The notes beneath the pieces were generated by a model. The model was not told where the DNA came from. It made no database searches and worked only from the letters and a program-made list of their open reading frames with translations. This document shows positions 28,455 to 42,266 of a stretch of 64,000 nucleotides of DNA, piece by piece. This DNA comes from the human T2T-CHM13v2.0 reference genome, Homo sapiens. The stretch lies in the NCBI RefSeq assembly GCF_009914755.1, contig NC_060934.1; one strand, 5' to 3'. The first letter of the stretch is position 1, and each line of letters begins with the position of its first letter. The position numbers and the translations under genes were made by a program.

Positions 28455-28800
28455 ATGCTGTGAGCAAACACAGATGGAGCCTTAATCTGTGCCTGTCTCT
28501 ACACCGACAGATTCAGAAATGAACAAGTCACAGTCCCTACCAAAGAGCTCACGGTCAAAGTCAAGGGTAGAAGAATATATCCGAAGGGTATCTTATGGGG
28601 CCAGTGAATGCAGTCCTCTAACTGTGAGACAGAAGGGCTTAGAAATGCTTCTGGGAGAAGAAAACACCAAGGCAGAGCAGAGGACATGCCAGGCAAGCAG
28701 GCTTAGCTGGGGAGGCGGTGCAGGAGGGCATGGTGATTGGGCATTGCTGGAAAGGTGCTCCAAGTGTGCAAAGGCACAGAAGTGTGAGTGACCGTCTGCA
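28455..28800 (-). mobile_element. L2 remnant
   Basis: gaaatgaacaagtcacagtccctaccaaagagctcacggtc and tgtgcaaaggcacagaagtgtgag match antisense L2 3' region motifs. Confidence 0.55.
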
Positions 28801-29887
28801 GGGCAGAGGGACAATAAAATGAGAGAACGGCAGCCAGGGCCAGGTTGGGAGGGGATCTCACCTAGACCATCTCAGAGAAGCCTGGAGGCCGTGGAAGGAA
28901 GAGATGCCTGGAAGGTAAACCTTCCATTTGCATTCAGGCGTGGGAGGGAGGAGCCCTGTGGCTACAGGGCTGGCCTGTTCCTGTCTTTGCGCACATGTGT
29001 GGGGGCGGGGCAGCCTGCTCCAGCCCCTCTGGGTCCAGTGAAGCTCCTCCATGGTGGTGCCCACCCCCAGGCCCGAGCTGATGCATTTGCCACTCTGCCC
29101 AGGGTGGCGGGGTTAACCTGTCCAGGGATGCATCTTGGTCATCTATGTGTACCATTATGTTTGGAAAAAATGCAAACCTTGACTATTTTCTTTAAACTCA
29201 GATTAGGAGAATCTGGCTTAACAGTGGTTTCTCTAAGAGATCCTATTTTTAGCTCCTTTGTTTTGATGCCCTCCCCCACATGCACAGTTGAAAACACTCG
29301 ATTGTAATAAGTAATTGTTGGGTGGCAGCTCTGGGGGCAAGGGAGACAGAGGGGTCAAAGCACGTGAGCAGAGGGGTCCTCCCCAGATGTGTAAGGGCCC
29401 CGTCAGGGAGCAGGCCGCAGACCCTTTGATCACATCTTTGAAGAGCTCTTGAAGAGTATTGACGGGCTGAAGCATTTTATTTCCAAACCGAGTTCAAGTG
29501 TGCTGGTGTTGTGCCTGGGATGCAATAAGCAGGGGAGCTGGACATCTGTGCAGTGTGGCTGGGTGGAGAGGCTGCAGCCTCCCCACCAGGAAGCTCTAGG
29601 ATCTGCGTGGAGGAGCTGGCCCCTGGGAGGCATCCTCGACCACCTGTGCCAACCCTGGTCTCTCTTCCTTATCCTTCAGGGGATACAAAGAGGGAGTTCA
29701 CTTGTATTGAACCTGCCCAGATCCACCCAGAAAAAGACTCCAGAAGACCAACCCCTTCTCTCCACTCCCTCACCAGGAGCCACACTTCTGCACTTGAAGC
29801 TCCAGTCCTGGGGCCCAGCAGGGCATTTTCAATTGAAGGGGATGAATTTAAGCATTTCTACAAGCTCCTTCAGAAGCAGGGGGAGGT

Positions 29888-30348
29888 GGAGGAGAAAGGA
29901 AGGAAGGAAGCAGGAGGAAGGAAAGAAGGAGGGAAAGGAGGAAAAAAGGAAGGAGGGAGGGAGAGAGGAAGGAGAGGGGGAGGGAAGGAAAGGAAAAAAA
30001 AGGAAGGGAAAGCAAAATGGAAGGAAGGAATAAAGGGAGGAAGGGAGAGAGAGGGAGAGGGAGAGGGAGAAAGAGGGAGGGAGTGAGGGAGAAAGAGGGA
30101 GGGAGGAAGGAAGGAAAAAGAAAGAGAGAGAGAGAAAGAAAGAAAGAGAAAGAAAGAAAGAAAAGAAGAAAGAAAAAGAGAGAGGAAGGAAGGAGAGAAA
30201 GAAAGAAAGAAAGAGAAAGAAAGAGAGAGAGAAAGAAAGAAAGAGAAAGGGAGAGAGAGGAAGGAAGGAGCGAAAGAAAGAGAGAGATGAAAGAAAGAAA
30301 GAAAGAGAGGAAGGAAGAAAGAGAAAGAAACGAAAAGAGAAAGAAGAG
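29888..30348 (+). repeat. About 460-bp polypurine (GGAA/GAAA/GA) low-complexity tract
   Basis: Almost exclusively G and A, with only about ten pyrimidines. Confidence 0.95.
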
Positions 30349-31539
30349 CAAGCTAGCTGTGGCTGCAGGGCCCTCCAAGAGAGGTGGCTGGGGGGACACA
30401 GATGCTGCACTGGGCTGGCCTCCCCAGTGATACCAGGTCTCTCCTTGGGCTACAGAGAACAGCCTTGATCCCCCAAGAGACAGGAGTGGGTGATCCAATG
30501 GGCCCAGAAGGCCGGCCCAACAAAGTTGGATTTCAGGACCTGGGGTGAACACCCACACCTTCACAATCCCAGAGGGACCGTAACGAAACTCTACTCAGGG
30601 AAACATTAATAGGTCTTTTAATTTTAGAGCCATAAAGCCTATTATAAAGCAATAGTTCTGATTTCTTCATTTTACCTGTAAAATAGGAAACAAAAGCCAT
30701 GCTTCCGAGGCCTTGATGTGGGAAGTGACTTCCTGAGATCGCACAGCTAAGGAATGACAAGTCCCCACCGCCTCCCCGCCACATTTTTCCAATCTAACCA
30801 TCGCCTGCACCCTACCCCCTGGTTTACCTCAGAGGACAGAATCTCTTCTGCCGCAGGCAAGTCCTCAGCCAGGTGTGCCGAGTGGAAGGTAGCCACATGG
30901 CCTGGTGACAGGAGCCAAGCTTGCCTCAGCCTCCTGCCGGATCTGAGATATTGCTGCTACCCTCCTGGGCCTCAGTGTTCCCATCTGGAAAATGGGAAGG
31001 CTGATAAGAAAGACGGAGACCCATAGACAGCTGAAGGACTGTGGGATGCTGAGAGTTGTCCTGGAGCCTGGGAATGACTGAAAAGTCAGGATGCCCTGGC
31101 CTGCTGCAGGCCATCCTGGAGGCCAGAGGAGCCCCTGTCCACCACTTCTGGGTTCCTCTGTGGGCTCCAGGGCCTTTGGGAAAGGCGAGCCATGTATAGC
31201 AGGGTCAGTTTCTCTATTGTCCCCAGGAGGATGGCCCCTCCCCAGAGCAAAGCACATTTATAATGGGCCTCCTGCAGGAAACAGGCTGGAGGCCCAGGGC
31301 CCAGGCAGACAGTGTGGGGAGCAGCAGAGAGTTTCCTCTCTGGACACACTATTTACTGGTCCAAGCTGCTCTCAGCCAGCCATCCCACGGACCCAGCCCA
31401 GGGACCCCAGCCTCTTCCAGTTCAAGACAGGGGCACAGCATTGAACTGGAAGCTCTGGCATGCCTGGCGATGTTGGTGCTTTCATGGTGGTGCATGGGGC
31501 AGTTCCGACAACATCCCTGAGAGGCCGGGGCTGACATGG

Positions 31540-31625
31540 CACTCTGCAGAGAAGGAAACTGGCTCAGAGAGATGAAGCTGTTTACAGAACTACTTCCTGG
31601 GAGAGCTAAATTCAAGTCCAAGAAT
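31540..31625 (-). mobile_element. MIR core remnant
   Basis: tctgcagagaaggaaactggctcagagagatgaag...aaattcaagtccaag. Confidence 0.5.
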
Positions 31626-32337
31626 GGGTGCCTACAAAGCCCATGACCCCACGTTCTTCAACAGTGCAGGGCCACCAAGTCAGCACAGGCCCTCTAGGAA
31701 AGCCCATTAGATACCACCTGTGCTCGCAAAGCCATCAGGCACACAGCTCGGGGATCGCATTGGGGTGTGGAATTAGTGTCCCTAGTGTTGAAGCAGCCAT
31801 TGGACGGCCCAAGCTGGGAGCAATTGGAGGGGCTTCACGAGGGAGGCACTGTTTCCGGGCACCCCCACCTGGGCACTGTCTCAGCCGCATGCCCCATCCC
31901 CATCCTCCTGTGTCTGCTGCAAGTGAGTAGAGGAGGCTGGGGTGCCATGGGTGGCTGATCAAATAGGTCTCTCCCTCCAGACTCGTCTCCCAGGATAGCT
32001 CCTGGGCCAGAGCTCCATGTCTGACTTGAATCTCAACATCTCACCCCTCCATGCTAGACTGGGTCAGGGCAAGACCAGAAGCTTCCCAACCTTGGCCTGT
32101 ACGGTGAGTGATGTAGAGGCTGCTAGCAAGTCCCAGCCTAGGGGGGATAAGCCTGCAGAGAGGAAGGTCATCTCTCTGCTCCTCTCAGGTTCCATGCTGG
32201 AATCTGGCAGCAGCTCAGGGTCCCCCGTGGGGTCACTACTCTCCCAACCTTGAATCTTCAAAAGCCAAGGAGGGGGTGGCCACACCTTGGCTGCCTGGAA
32301 GTTGGAGCTCCTGTTACAGAAGCCAGGATCAGGGCTT

Positions 32338-32963
32338 GCAAAGGGTACGTACCCCCTTCCTTAGGGACTCAGGGAGGGCAAAATCACCCCCATCTTTAGG
32401 GCCTTGGGGAGGGCAAAGTTACCCCTGTCCTTAGGACTCGGGGAGGGCAAAGCGCACCCTCATCCTTAGGGACTCAGGGAAGGCAAAGAGCACCTCCATC
32501 CTTAGGACTTGGGGAGAGCAAAGGGCACCACCATCTTCAGGGACTCGGGGAGGGCAAAGGTACCCCCATCCTTAGGACTTAGGGAAGGCAAAAAGCACCA
32601 TCATCCATAGGGACTCAGAAAAGGACCATCATCCTTAGGGACTTGGGGAGGACAAAGGGTATCCCCATCCTTAGGGACTCGGGGAGGGCAAAGAGCACCC
32701 CCGTTCTTAGGACTCAGGAAGGGCAAGGGGCACCCCTATCTTTAGGGACTCAGGGAGGCAAAGGGTACCCCCATCCTTAGGGACTCAGGGAGGGCAAAGG
32801 GCACCTCCATCCTTAGGGACTTGGGGAGGACAAAGGGTATCCCCATCCTTAGGGATTCAGGGAGGGCAAAAGGCACTCCTTTCCTTAAGGACTTGGGGAA
32901 GGCAAAGGGCGCCCCCTTTCTTAGGGACTCAGAGAGGGCAAAGGATATCCCCAACCTTAGGAC
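32338..32963 (+). repeat. Minisatellite/VNTR, 35-36 bp unit, about 17.5 copies
   Basis: Consensus ccatccTTAGGGactc(g/a)gggagggcaaagggtaccc. The ttagg anchor or a variant recurs at 32361, 32396, 32431, 32466, 32502, 32537, 32572, 32607, 32635, 32671, 32707, 32742, 32777, 32813, 32849, 32885, 32921 and 32957. Confidence 0.96.
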
Positions 32964-34956
32964 CAGCCCTTGAGCCATGAAACCACAGCAACCAAACAGC
33001 CCAGCATTGCCCAGGAGCCCTTGTCCAAGGAACCGCATACAGGGCACCTATGGGAGGGTTACCGTCTGCCTCCCCAAAGCCTGGGAGCAAGTAAGGAGGG
33101 GATGCTGAATATGTGAGTGTGTCCAGGGGCAGGCAGTGGAGTTGGAAGTGGAGCTGGAAGTGATGTAGGAAGGGAAGGGCCACAGAAGCAGATGCCTTTC
33201 CCAGGCGTGCCCCGCTCAGCAGAAGGCTGGTCAGCCAGGCAGAAGGGCTGTGGCCCACGAGAGATGCTGAGCTGGCCCTGCCTACAGAGCTACAGAGCGG
33301 GGCTCTGGGTGGTGAGGGGCTGGCATTTTCCATGTGTGGGTAGGTCCGGCCAGGCCTCTTCTCTAGCCCTGCTGTTCTCCTGGAACCCAGCACACCATCA
33401 TCTCTGAGCTGCTCTTCTTTCTGTTGTTGCAATTCCATGGTGTCAGGTATAGGTCAAGGAAGTCACTATGGGAAACCTGGCTTCTTCTTAAAAGACAGAG
33501 AATAGCTGGCCTCTTCTCCAGGCTTGTTAGTGCACCAACACAAGCGCTGAGCAGGGCTAACCCACATGAGTTAGCATCCAGCACTGACCTTTGTCCTTGT
33601 TGTGCTGTCAAATGAGTCCATAGAGATAGGAACGTTAATGAACTTGAGCAGACACGTGTCAAAATCCCTCCAGAAAAAACAAAGTCATTATCCCATACCA
33701 GTGTGTACTTGCACAGACGTTGGTGCCATTGTACAATATTAATCGGGGGTAAATTTTATAGGTAGGTAGATTTTTATTATTATAGTTTAAAAGTTCTACT
33801 TCTCCATTGGGCCAGAATTGAATTTCCATTTAATTATATACTCACCATTGTTCTTATCATGTGCCTCAAAACCAGCTGATAATATGTCACATTTGCCAGT
33901 GTGACTCACAGAAAAGAACCGGCCAGGCCAACACCTGGCGTGATTGGTCTTTTAATGAAATGGGTTATAGCTCTCTCACGTGCTGGGCCTCAATAATAGA
34001 ATTTAAGTGAAAGTAATTTCCAAGTGCAATCATAGTTTACATATTAGTTATTGTAGAAAGAAAAAAAACGAGGGACTCCGGTAGATTAAATGCAATTAAG
34101 ATCGAGGCCCTTCTGCGGGCCTCCTGGGAAGGGGATCAGCCAGGCCAGTTATTTCTCCGATTTTGATGGAAAGAAGGAAACATTTTCCTGGATGCCTCAG
34201 CTGCAAGTGCTAAAGCTTTGTGAAAATTCAAGACATCAACACGGCCTGAGGACAGGGTAAACACAAAGTGAGCATTTGTTTTTAAGCTGCTTCTCAGAAG
34301 CCTGGTTTCAGGCATTAAACATTACATGTGAAGAGCCAAGTATACAGGACCAATGGAGAACTAACAAGAGCAGAAGTGTGTCTGAGTAAGGAACCCGCGG
34401 GTAAGTGAAGGGCTGGAGGAGGGAAGGTCAGGGGCCTAGGTGGGCAGCGGGGACCCCACAGAGACAGCAGAATGCAGCTCTGCATGGAAGGGTGTGCATG
34501 ACAGAGTCAGTAGCAGTGACAGGCACAAGCACACAGACATATCCCTAAACACATGTGCACACACACTTGCATACACATGCCAATGCACACTTGCTGACTA
34601 TTAGCAGACCACTGGCATTCCTTTAGGTCCTGGTGGTGCTGTAGGGGTGGAAGTCTGACTGCAACAGGGCAAGGAGGGAAGAGAAGAGGAAGAATGAAAG
34701 TGAGGAAGTTGGCTGGTAAAGAGAAATAAAACAGTGGTCACTGGAGAAGAAAGTGGGATACAAAGAAGGTTATATGGGGACTGGGAGAGACTTAATGAGG
34801 TTCCTGCATCAGGAGGGCTAGACAGAGGCCATGGACGGGTCCCTGAGCCACAAGTATCTGTGACTCTGGGCCCTGGGAAGGAATAATAAAGGCCAAGAGA
34901 CCATCCAAGACCCAGCAGGGACAAGGATGGCATGGATCAAGGCAGGACAAACGGGG

Positions 34957-35320
34957 TAATATGGGCAGGCTTTATGTCCCCACCCAAATCTCATCTTGAA
35001 TTGTAATCCCCGGGTGCTGAGGGAGAGGCCTGGTGGGAGGTGAGTGGATCATGGGGGTAGTTTCCCCCATGCTGTTCTCGTGACAGCGAGTTCTTACAAG
35101 ATCTGACGATTTTATAAGGCTGTGTTCCCTGCTCTCTTGCACTTTCTCTCTCTCTCACCTGCTGCCATATAAGATGTGCCTGCTTCCCCTTCCACCATGA
35201 TTGTAAGTTTCCTGAGGCCTCCCAAGCCATGCAGAACTATGAGTCAATTAAACCTCTTCCCTTTGTAAATTCCCCAGTCTCAGATATGCCTTTATATCAG
35301 TGTGAGAACGGACTAACACA
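34957..35320 (+). mobile_element. THE1D-like (ERVL-MaLR) solo LTR
   Basis: gtccccacccaaatctcatcttgaattgtaatccc...gagtcaattaaacctc...gaacggactaacaca. Perfect TSD cgggg at 34952-34956 and 35321-35325. Confidence 0.93.
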
Positions 35321-35902
35321 CGGGGAGAGAAGGCAGCGTAAGTGCCAGACCCCTGTTCAGTGACTGGAGATAGCATTGATGTGAGAAGACGGGGACCTCA
35401 AAAAGAAAAGGTTGGGGAGTTACAGGGGAAGACGGCAAAGGCCGCAGATAGCCAAAGCACCCATCTTCTTCAAACTGTCCCCCTTTCATAGATGAAAAGT
35501 TACATACAGATGAAACCTGAGGATGTTCTAAGGTCACAGAGTGGTAACCTACACTCACATACACCTAAAGAGTTTGCAGATTAAAAAAAAAAAAAAAACC
35601 TGAGTATATGTCACCATAGATAGATCCTTTTCGTTCCTGACTTCATGGGTTGAATTCTCATGGAGAACCCCCAAAGCCCCCACCCACCTCCACCCTGCCT
35701 GCAGGGCCCTTGTCATTGCCCTGCACAGGGACAGCTGCTCTCTCTCTGTGCTCTGACTTACCCGCTCCACCTTGGTTTTGGCTGGATGTGTGGCCATCAG
35801 AAGCTCAGTGCTATCCTCCTGCCAACTCTACCAATAGAAGAGAGGTCTCTCACACCAAGGCTATCAGAACAGCCTCAGGGAAGTTCTCAGTTTGGGCCAC
35901 AT

Positions 35903-36075
35903 ATCTATTCATTCATTCAATCAGTAAGTCAAACCAGCAAACCAGCCATTCATTCGAACAAATATCGACTGATCATCCCCAACATGCCAGACACATTCCA
36001 GGCGCGAGGGACATGGAGTGAGTAGACAGACCTTACTCTGAAGGAGCTTACAGAAAGTCAGAGGAGATAAGCAGA
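35903..36075 (-). mobile_element. L2 3' end
   Basis: attcattcattcaa...cattcattcgaacaaatatcgactga...atgccagacacattccaggc...gaaggagcttaca is the antisense L2 terminus. Confidence 0.7.
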
Positions 36076-36332
36076 CAAAAAGCATGCCAACAAACAACAA
36101 TAACAACAACAACAAAAACCCAGCACCAGCATCTGCAGATCCACAGACCAATTCCAGGGGTTTTGGAAGGATGTGGTAGTTCCTGTCCCCAAAGCAAAAG
36201 GCCACACAGTGGTGTCAGGTTGAGGGATGAAGGAAAGAGGTATGGCAAGCCCCCAATCCAAAAAACAAGAATTGATATTATAACTAACAGAATGAAGGGC
36301 TGCTAGGCAGACAATATAAAAATGTAGAATTG

Positions 36333-36610
36333 GACCGGGTGCAGTGGCTCGTGCCTGTAATCTCAGCACTTTGGGAGGCCAAGGCAGGAGAATCACTTGA
36401 GCAAAGGAGTTTGAGGCCAGCCTGGACAACACAGTGAGACCCTGTCTCTACAAAAATTACAAAAAAATATCCAGGCATGGTGGCATGCACCTGTCATCCC
36501 AGCTACTTGGGAGGCTGAGGTAGAAGGGTCACCTGAGCCCGGGTCACTGAGCAGCAGTGACCCATGATCATGTCACTGCACTCCACAGAGTGAGACCCTG
36601 TCTCAAAAAA
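36333..36610 (+). mobile_element. Alu (AluJ), with a small right-arm deletion
   Basis: J-type cacttgagc...ggagtttgaggccagcc...gtgagaccctgtctc and atgatcatgtcactgcactcc. TSD-like aaaatgtagaatt / aaagtgcagaatt. Confidence 0.92.
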
Positions 36611-36834
36611 GTGCAGAATTATGTAGATTTTTGGTTTAATAGTTTTTTATTATTGAAACATAAATACCTAAGAGATGAAGCCTTTGTTCTTCAAAAGTGT
36701 ACTGTTCCAAGTGTTCTTCTAGCCCAGAGACTTGGAAGTAACTCTCCGAGAAGAGCCTGACCTGCAGCACTGCCCCCCATTTCTGCCCCCCGGAGCCTGT
36801 CCAGGTGTTCGCACAGATCTCCCTAATAGACTCA

Positions 36835-36940
36835 AACTCTAGAGGATGACGGGCTCTCTCCATTCACCCTGTAGCCCAAGTGCCTGGCACATTACCAGGC
36901 ACATAGAATGCCTTCAGTATTCATGCAATCAAATGCTTAT
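36835..36940 (+). mobile_element. L2 3' end remnant
   Basis: ttcaccctgtagcccaagtgcctggcacattaccaggcacatagaatgccttcagtattc. Confidence 0.6.
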
Positions 36941-37968
36941 TCTAATTCATTATAATTTACAATCATCAGCTACATTACACCATCATAAATTAAGGTTTAT
37001 ATATATGGAAAAGTCTTGATAGCGTTTAGTGGCTTCTAAGTTTCTATTCAGGTAATAATCTTTCTTTTTAGCACAAATAACAAGACTTCAATTTTAAAGT
37101 GTGTCTAATTCTTAGAGACACGATGTGTTTTGAGTGTCATCACAGAAAGACATGCCCTGCACAGGAACCAGAAAGGCCCTCTGTTGGCCTGGCAGGACAG
37201 ACACTGAGCCACCTGACTGTGTCCTTGCCACACATCACTTGACGGATTGCCAAGTGCTCTCGTTGCAGTTCAGCCTACTGTGCGTGCCCCTGACATTTGT
37301 CATCTTCAGCCACAATTGTATTTGTTAACCTTTTGTGGTCAATGTTGTACCCCATCATGGAGCAGCATCTCAACCAGAATTAGCCTGAAGTGTTCAGAAG
37401 TAACCAGAGCGGTGACCCAATGAACTGTCACTGCCTGAGGTCTTGGAAATAGGAAGTTGAAGTTGGACAAGCAATGTAGGTCATCACTACTGAGATAGCT
37501 CAAATCTGTTCTTTCAAGCCTACTATGATGTCTCGTGTATTTGTACAGAAGAGTTCCTCTCATTCTGTTGTATTTCTAAATATCAGATATCAGCCAATTC
37601 TAAGGCAAAGCAATGAAGTCCACTGCAGCAGGGGGTGAGGCACGGTCACTACACAGAAAGAGAGAAGTAGACAATGGATCACAACCAAAAGAGGATAAAA
37701 TGCAAAAAAGAAGAAAAGAAAAAAAACATGTATCTAGATGCTAACATGGGCAGGCGTTCCTTTAAGGAGACTAGAGGTGTTGAACTCAGGTCCCTGTATG
37801 GTGGGTTTGGGTGATGATCACAGCAGCAAGCTGGAGCATCTAACAGAATTTTAGATCAGCAAAAGGAACTCGACATAGAAGATAGGCATTGGCCATCAAA
37901 TGACAGCACGCTGTTATTGACAGAAAACAGGCCTATTTCCACACTGCATTTTGAAGACACTCATATCT

Positions 37969-38098
37969 GGCGGAGTTCAGTGACTCATACCTGTAATCCC
38001 AGTACTTTTGGAGGCTGAGGCAGAAGGATGAATTGAGTCCAGGAGTTTGAGTCTGCAGTGAGCTAGAATCGAGACTCCGTCTCTAATTAAAAAAAAAA
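37969..38098 (+). mobile_element. Free Alu monomer (FLAM/FRAM-like)
   Basis: Single arm of about 130 bp, cctgtaatcccagtacttttggaggctgaggcagaaggatg...gtctgcagtgagctag..., ending in an A tail. Confidence 0.85.
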
Positions 38099-40746
38099 GT
38101 CTCCATTTCTAAGTATAATTTTAACGTGATGCTGCAGATTCTTTAGTTTTAAGGTTCTCAGCCTCCATCCTGACTTTGGGTCAAACAGTAGTAGTTTGTT
38201 AACAAACCCTTACTTAATTTCCTTTCTAAAAAGAAGACTCCCCTAACAGCAGAGGCGGGGGCTTTGCTGCAGAGTGTCCCATGGCCAGGAGTGTCTTTGC
38301 CTCTTTTTTGGGCTCTTTTTGTCCTTTACTGGGGCTCCTCCCAGCTGACTTGCCCTGGCATGTCACACTGGCCTACTCTCTCAGGGACGCTTGGGGACAA
38401 TGCCGAGGGGGCTAAAGCCAATAGTGATAGTGCTGACTAAACAGTCAGTGGGCCTTCTTGGTCAAGAGTGATTGTCCTGGGAATGGAGGGTGGCGTTCAA
38501 GCCCAGCCCCTTGGTTGGGACAGTGGAGAGCAGGCAGGACACTAAAAGGGGGACTGCACTCTGGGGTGGATAAATCCCTTTCAGGCTCCAAGGCTAGTCT
38601 TGTGAGGTCTTGAGGAGAATTTGATGATTTGCAATGAGGCTGTGTGCCCACACCGCCTTCCTGCCATGTCTGCTTAGACCTCAAGCCCCATCTCGTCACC
38701 AGCCTTCCCTCATTCTATCTGAAGTTTGTGCTCAAGGAAAACAATGGCGTGGCAGACACCTGAGCCCCACCCATGCTGTCCCCACCAACTCTCTTCAACA
38801 AGGCAAGTGCACAGGTGGCTCCCAGACACTCCTCTCCTTCATTCCAGAATGTTCCAGCCTACAAGCTCACTCTAGGATCCTCATCACCCTCATGAGGGCA
38901 CCGCCTTTGGGGTCATTTTCTCCAGTCGTAGGTCACCTTTGTGAATGGCCCACAGCATCAGGCGGCCGACTTGGCTGGTAGCTATATTACGTATAGACAA
39001 TTGATATTAAAAGCATAATTTTCAAATCCCATAGCCCTTCGAGGTGCTATTCACCTGTCAGCTGATCTGATTTCAGCTTATTTCTAGATATCAACATTTA
39101 CATTTATTTGAATATATTTATTATTTTTTTTAAATAGTAGGATCTGTGGGCTTATTCATTCTACGATATTTTGCAAGGTAACCATGTTGTCAGTGTTGTA
39201 AACAAATGCCAAGTATTTCCTAGTTGGCTCCACAGAGTGCAAATCTCCTCACGTGACTCTGGACTTAATCATTCCTCACGGCTCACATTGACTATTGTAG
39301 GCATAATTAATATAATTAATTTCACTCACATAATGTCTCTATATTTTTTCTTCTTGGACCAGCAACTTCACAATTATTGAATAATTTAAGGCATAAAATT
39401 ATGTACATATTTAATTATTTAATTAAAAGACGACAAAGATGTGCAACTTTAAAAAGAATTGTAGCTAGTTCCTAAATTTCTATCTATCAAGTAGGTACTG
39501 TGAATCTTCTTATCAAACCCTCACAGTTTATGTTGTGTAGTATTTCTGAGTTTTGCACTATTCTACAAATGAGGTTATTATCCCGAGACGATTCTAGAAA
39601 ATCAAAGCCATATTCCCTGAATGATAAAGGGCCCCGGCCCAAGTGCTACCAACATGGTAGGAGACAGGTTATGTTCAGCGTCTCAAGAATGCACCCAGCT
39701 ATCAATCACTCGACACAGGAGACCTGACAGCCTGCTGAGGGAGGCACCTGAAGTCATTCATTGACTGCCAATGACACGTCTGCTCTGCATATTGCATTTC
39801 TGCTAATCGACTGAACCTCTGTGGCATTTCAAACAACACGGTTAGACCTCAGAGGAGATGTGTAAAGGGAAGGCATGAAGCAGAGAGCTGAAGGGCTGAC
39901 ATCATCAAACATGCAGTCGTGAGCTGCCCGCCTCCTGAGGACAGAAGCAGAGGCCCTCGTCCTCCCTGTCTGGTATGGACACCCTCCCCCATGCAGAATA
40001 CAAACTGGAGGAAACGAAACTTACTGATCCCCAGTGAACACAGAAGCATTCTGAAGAAGGGGAAAGATTCACGCCCTTCTTTCTGGTCTGCTAAACTGGG
40101 TCAATTTATCGTCTGTGGCTGCCCAAGATTACAGACACCAGACAAATGACCTAGGAAAGTGGAACGCCGGGAAATAGAGGCAGAGCACAAGGCTTCAGTC
40201 AGGGGCCACACACACCGAGCACACAGGACAAAGCAGTGAGACCTGTCACCTGGCTGCTTTGAAACTGCTCCCAGAGGGATGAGGACTTCCCTTTCTTCAC
40301 ACCCACATGTCAGGTGTCAGGCAGGAGATAGGCTGGGCCTGAGAGCCTGGACACGAACCCAGCAGAGGCTGTATTTCTCCCGATCATCTCAAGTAAAGGT
40401 AACGCTCCCCTCTGAGCCCAGCTGTCTCCCAGGAGAACCCTAATCCTCAGGTCATGATGACTGTGAGCCACAGAGGCAGGGTCGACGCTCTGCCCTCTTG
40501 AGAGGACTCTGCATTCCAGAACTGAGCTCAGGTCTCCCAAGCCCAAGCCCTAGCTCAAAATGGACAGTAGCGATTTTTATTTTTGGGATTAGTGTAGTAT
40601 TCCTCCCACTTAGCTAGCCAGAAAATTCTTCCAAAATAAACACACAGTGTCCTGATGATATATTTTTGACTTGTTTCCACTCATAATTGAAAACCAACAA
40701 CACTGAAAATACGTCATAAATAAAGAGACCATGTAAAAAGAACTGA

Positions 40747-42266
<1,520 letters not shown>

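Noticed and set aside
32338-32963. CRISPR-like array (36-bp periodicity)
   Set aside because: Units are head-to-tail with no unique spacers, there are no cas genes, and the context is primate DNA.
32742-33047. ORF with 12-aa repeats (PFALPESLRMG)
   Set aside because: Read-through of the 36-bp VNTR. 35-bp units break the frame elsewhere in the array, so there is no sign of coding constraint.
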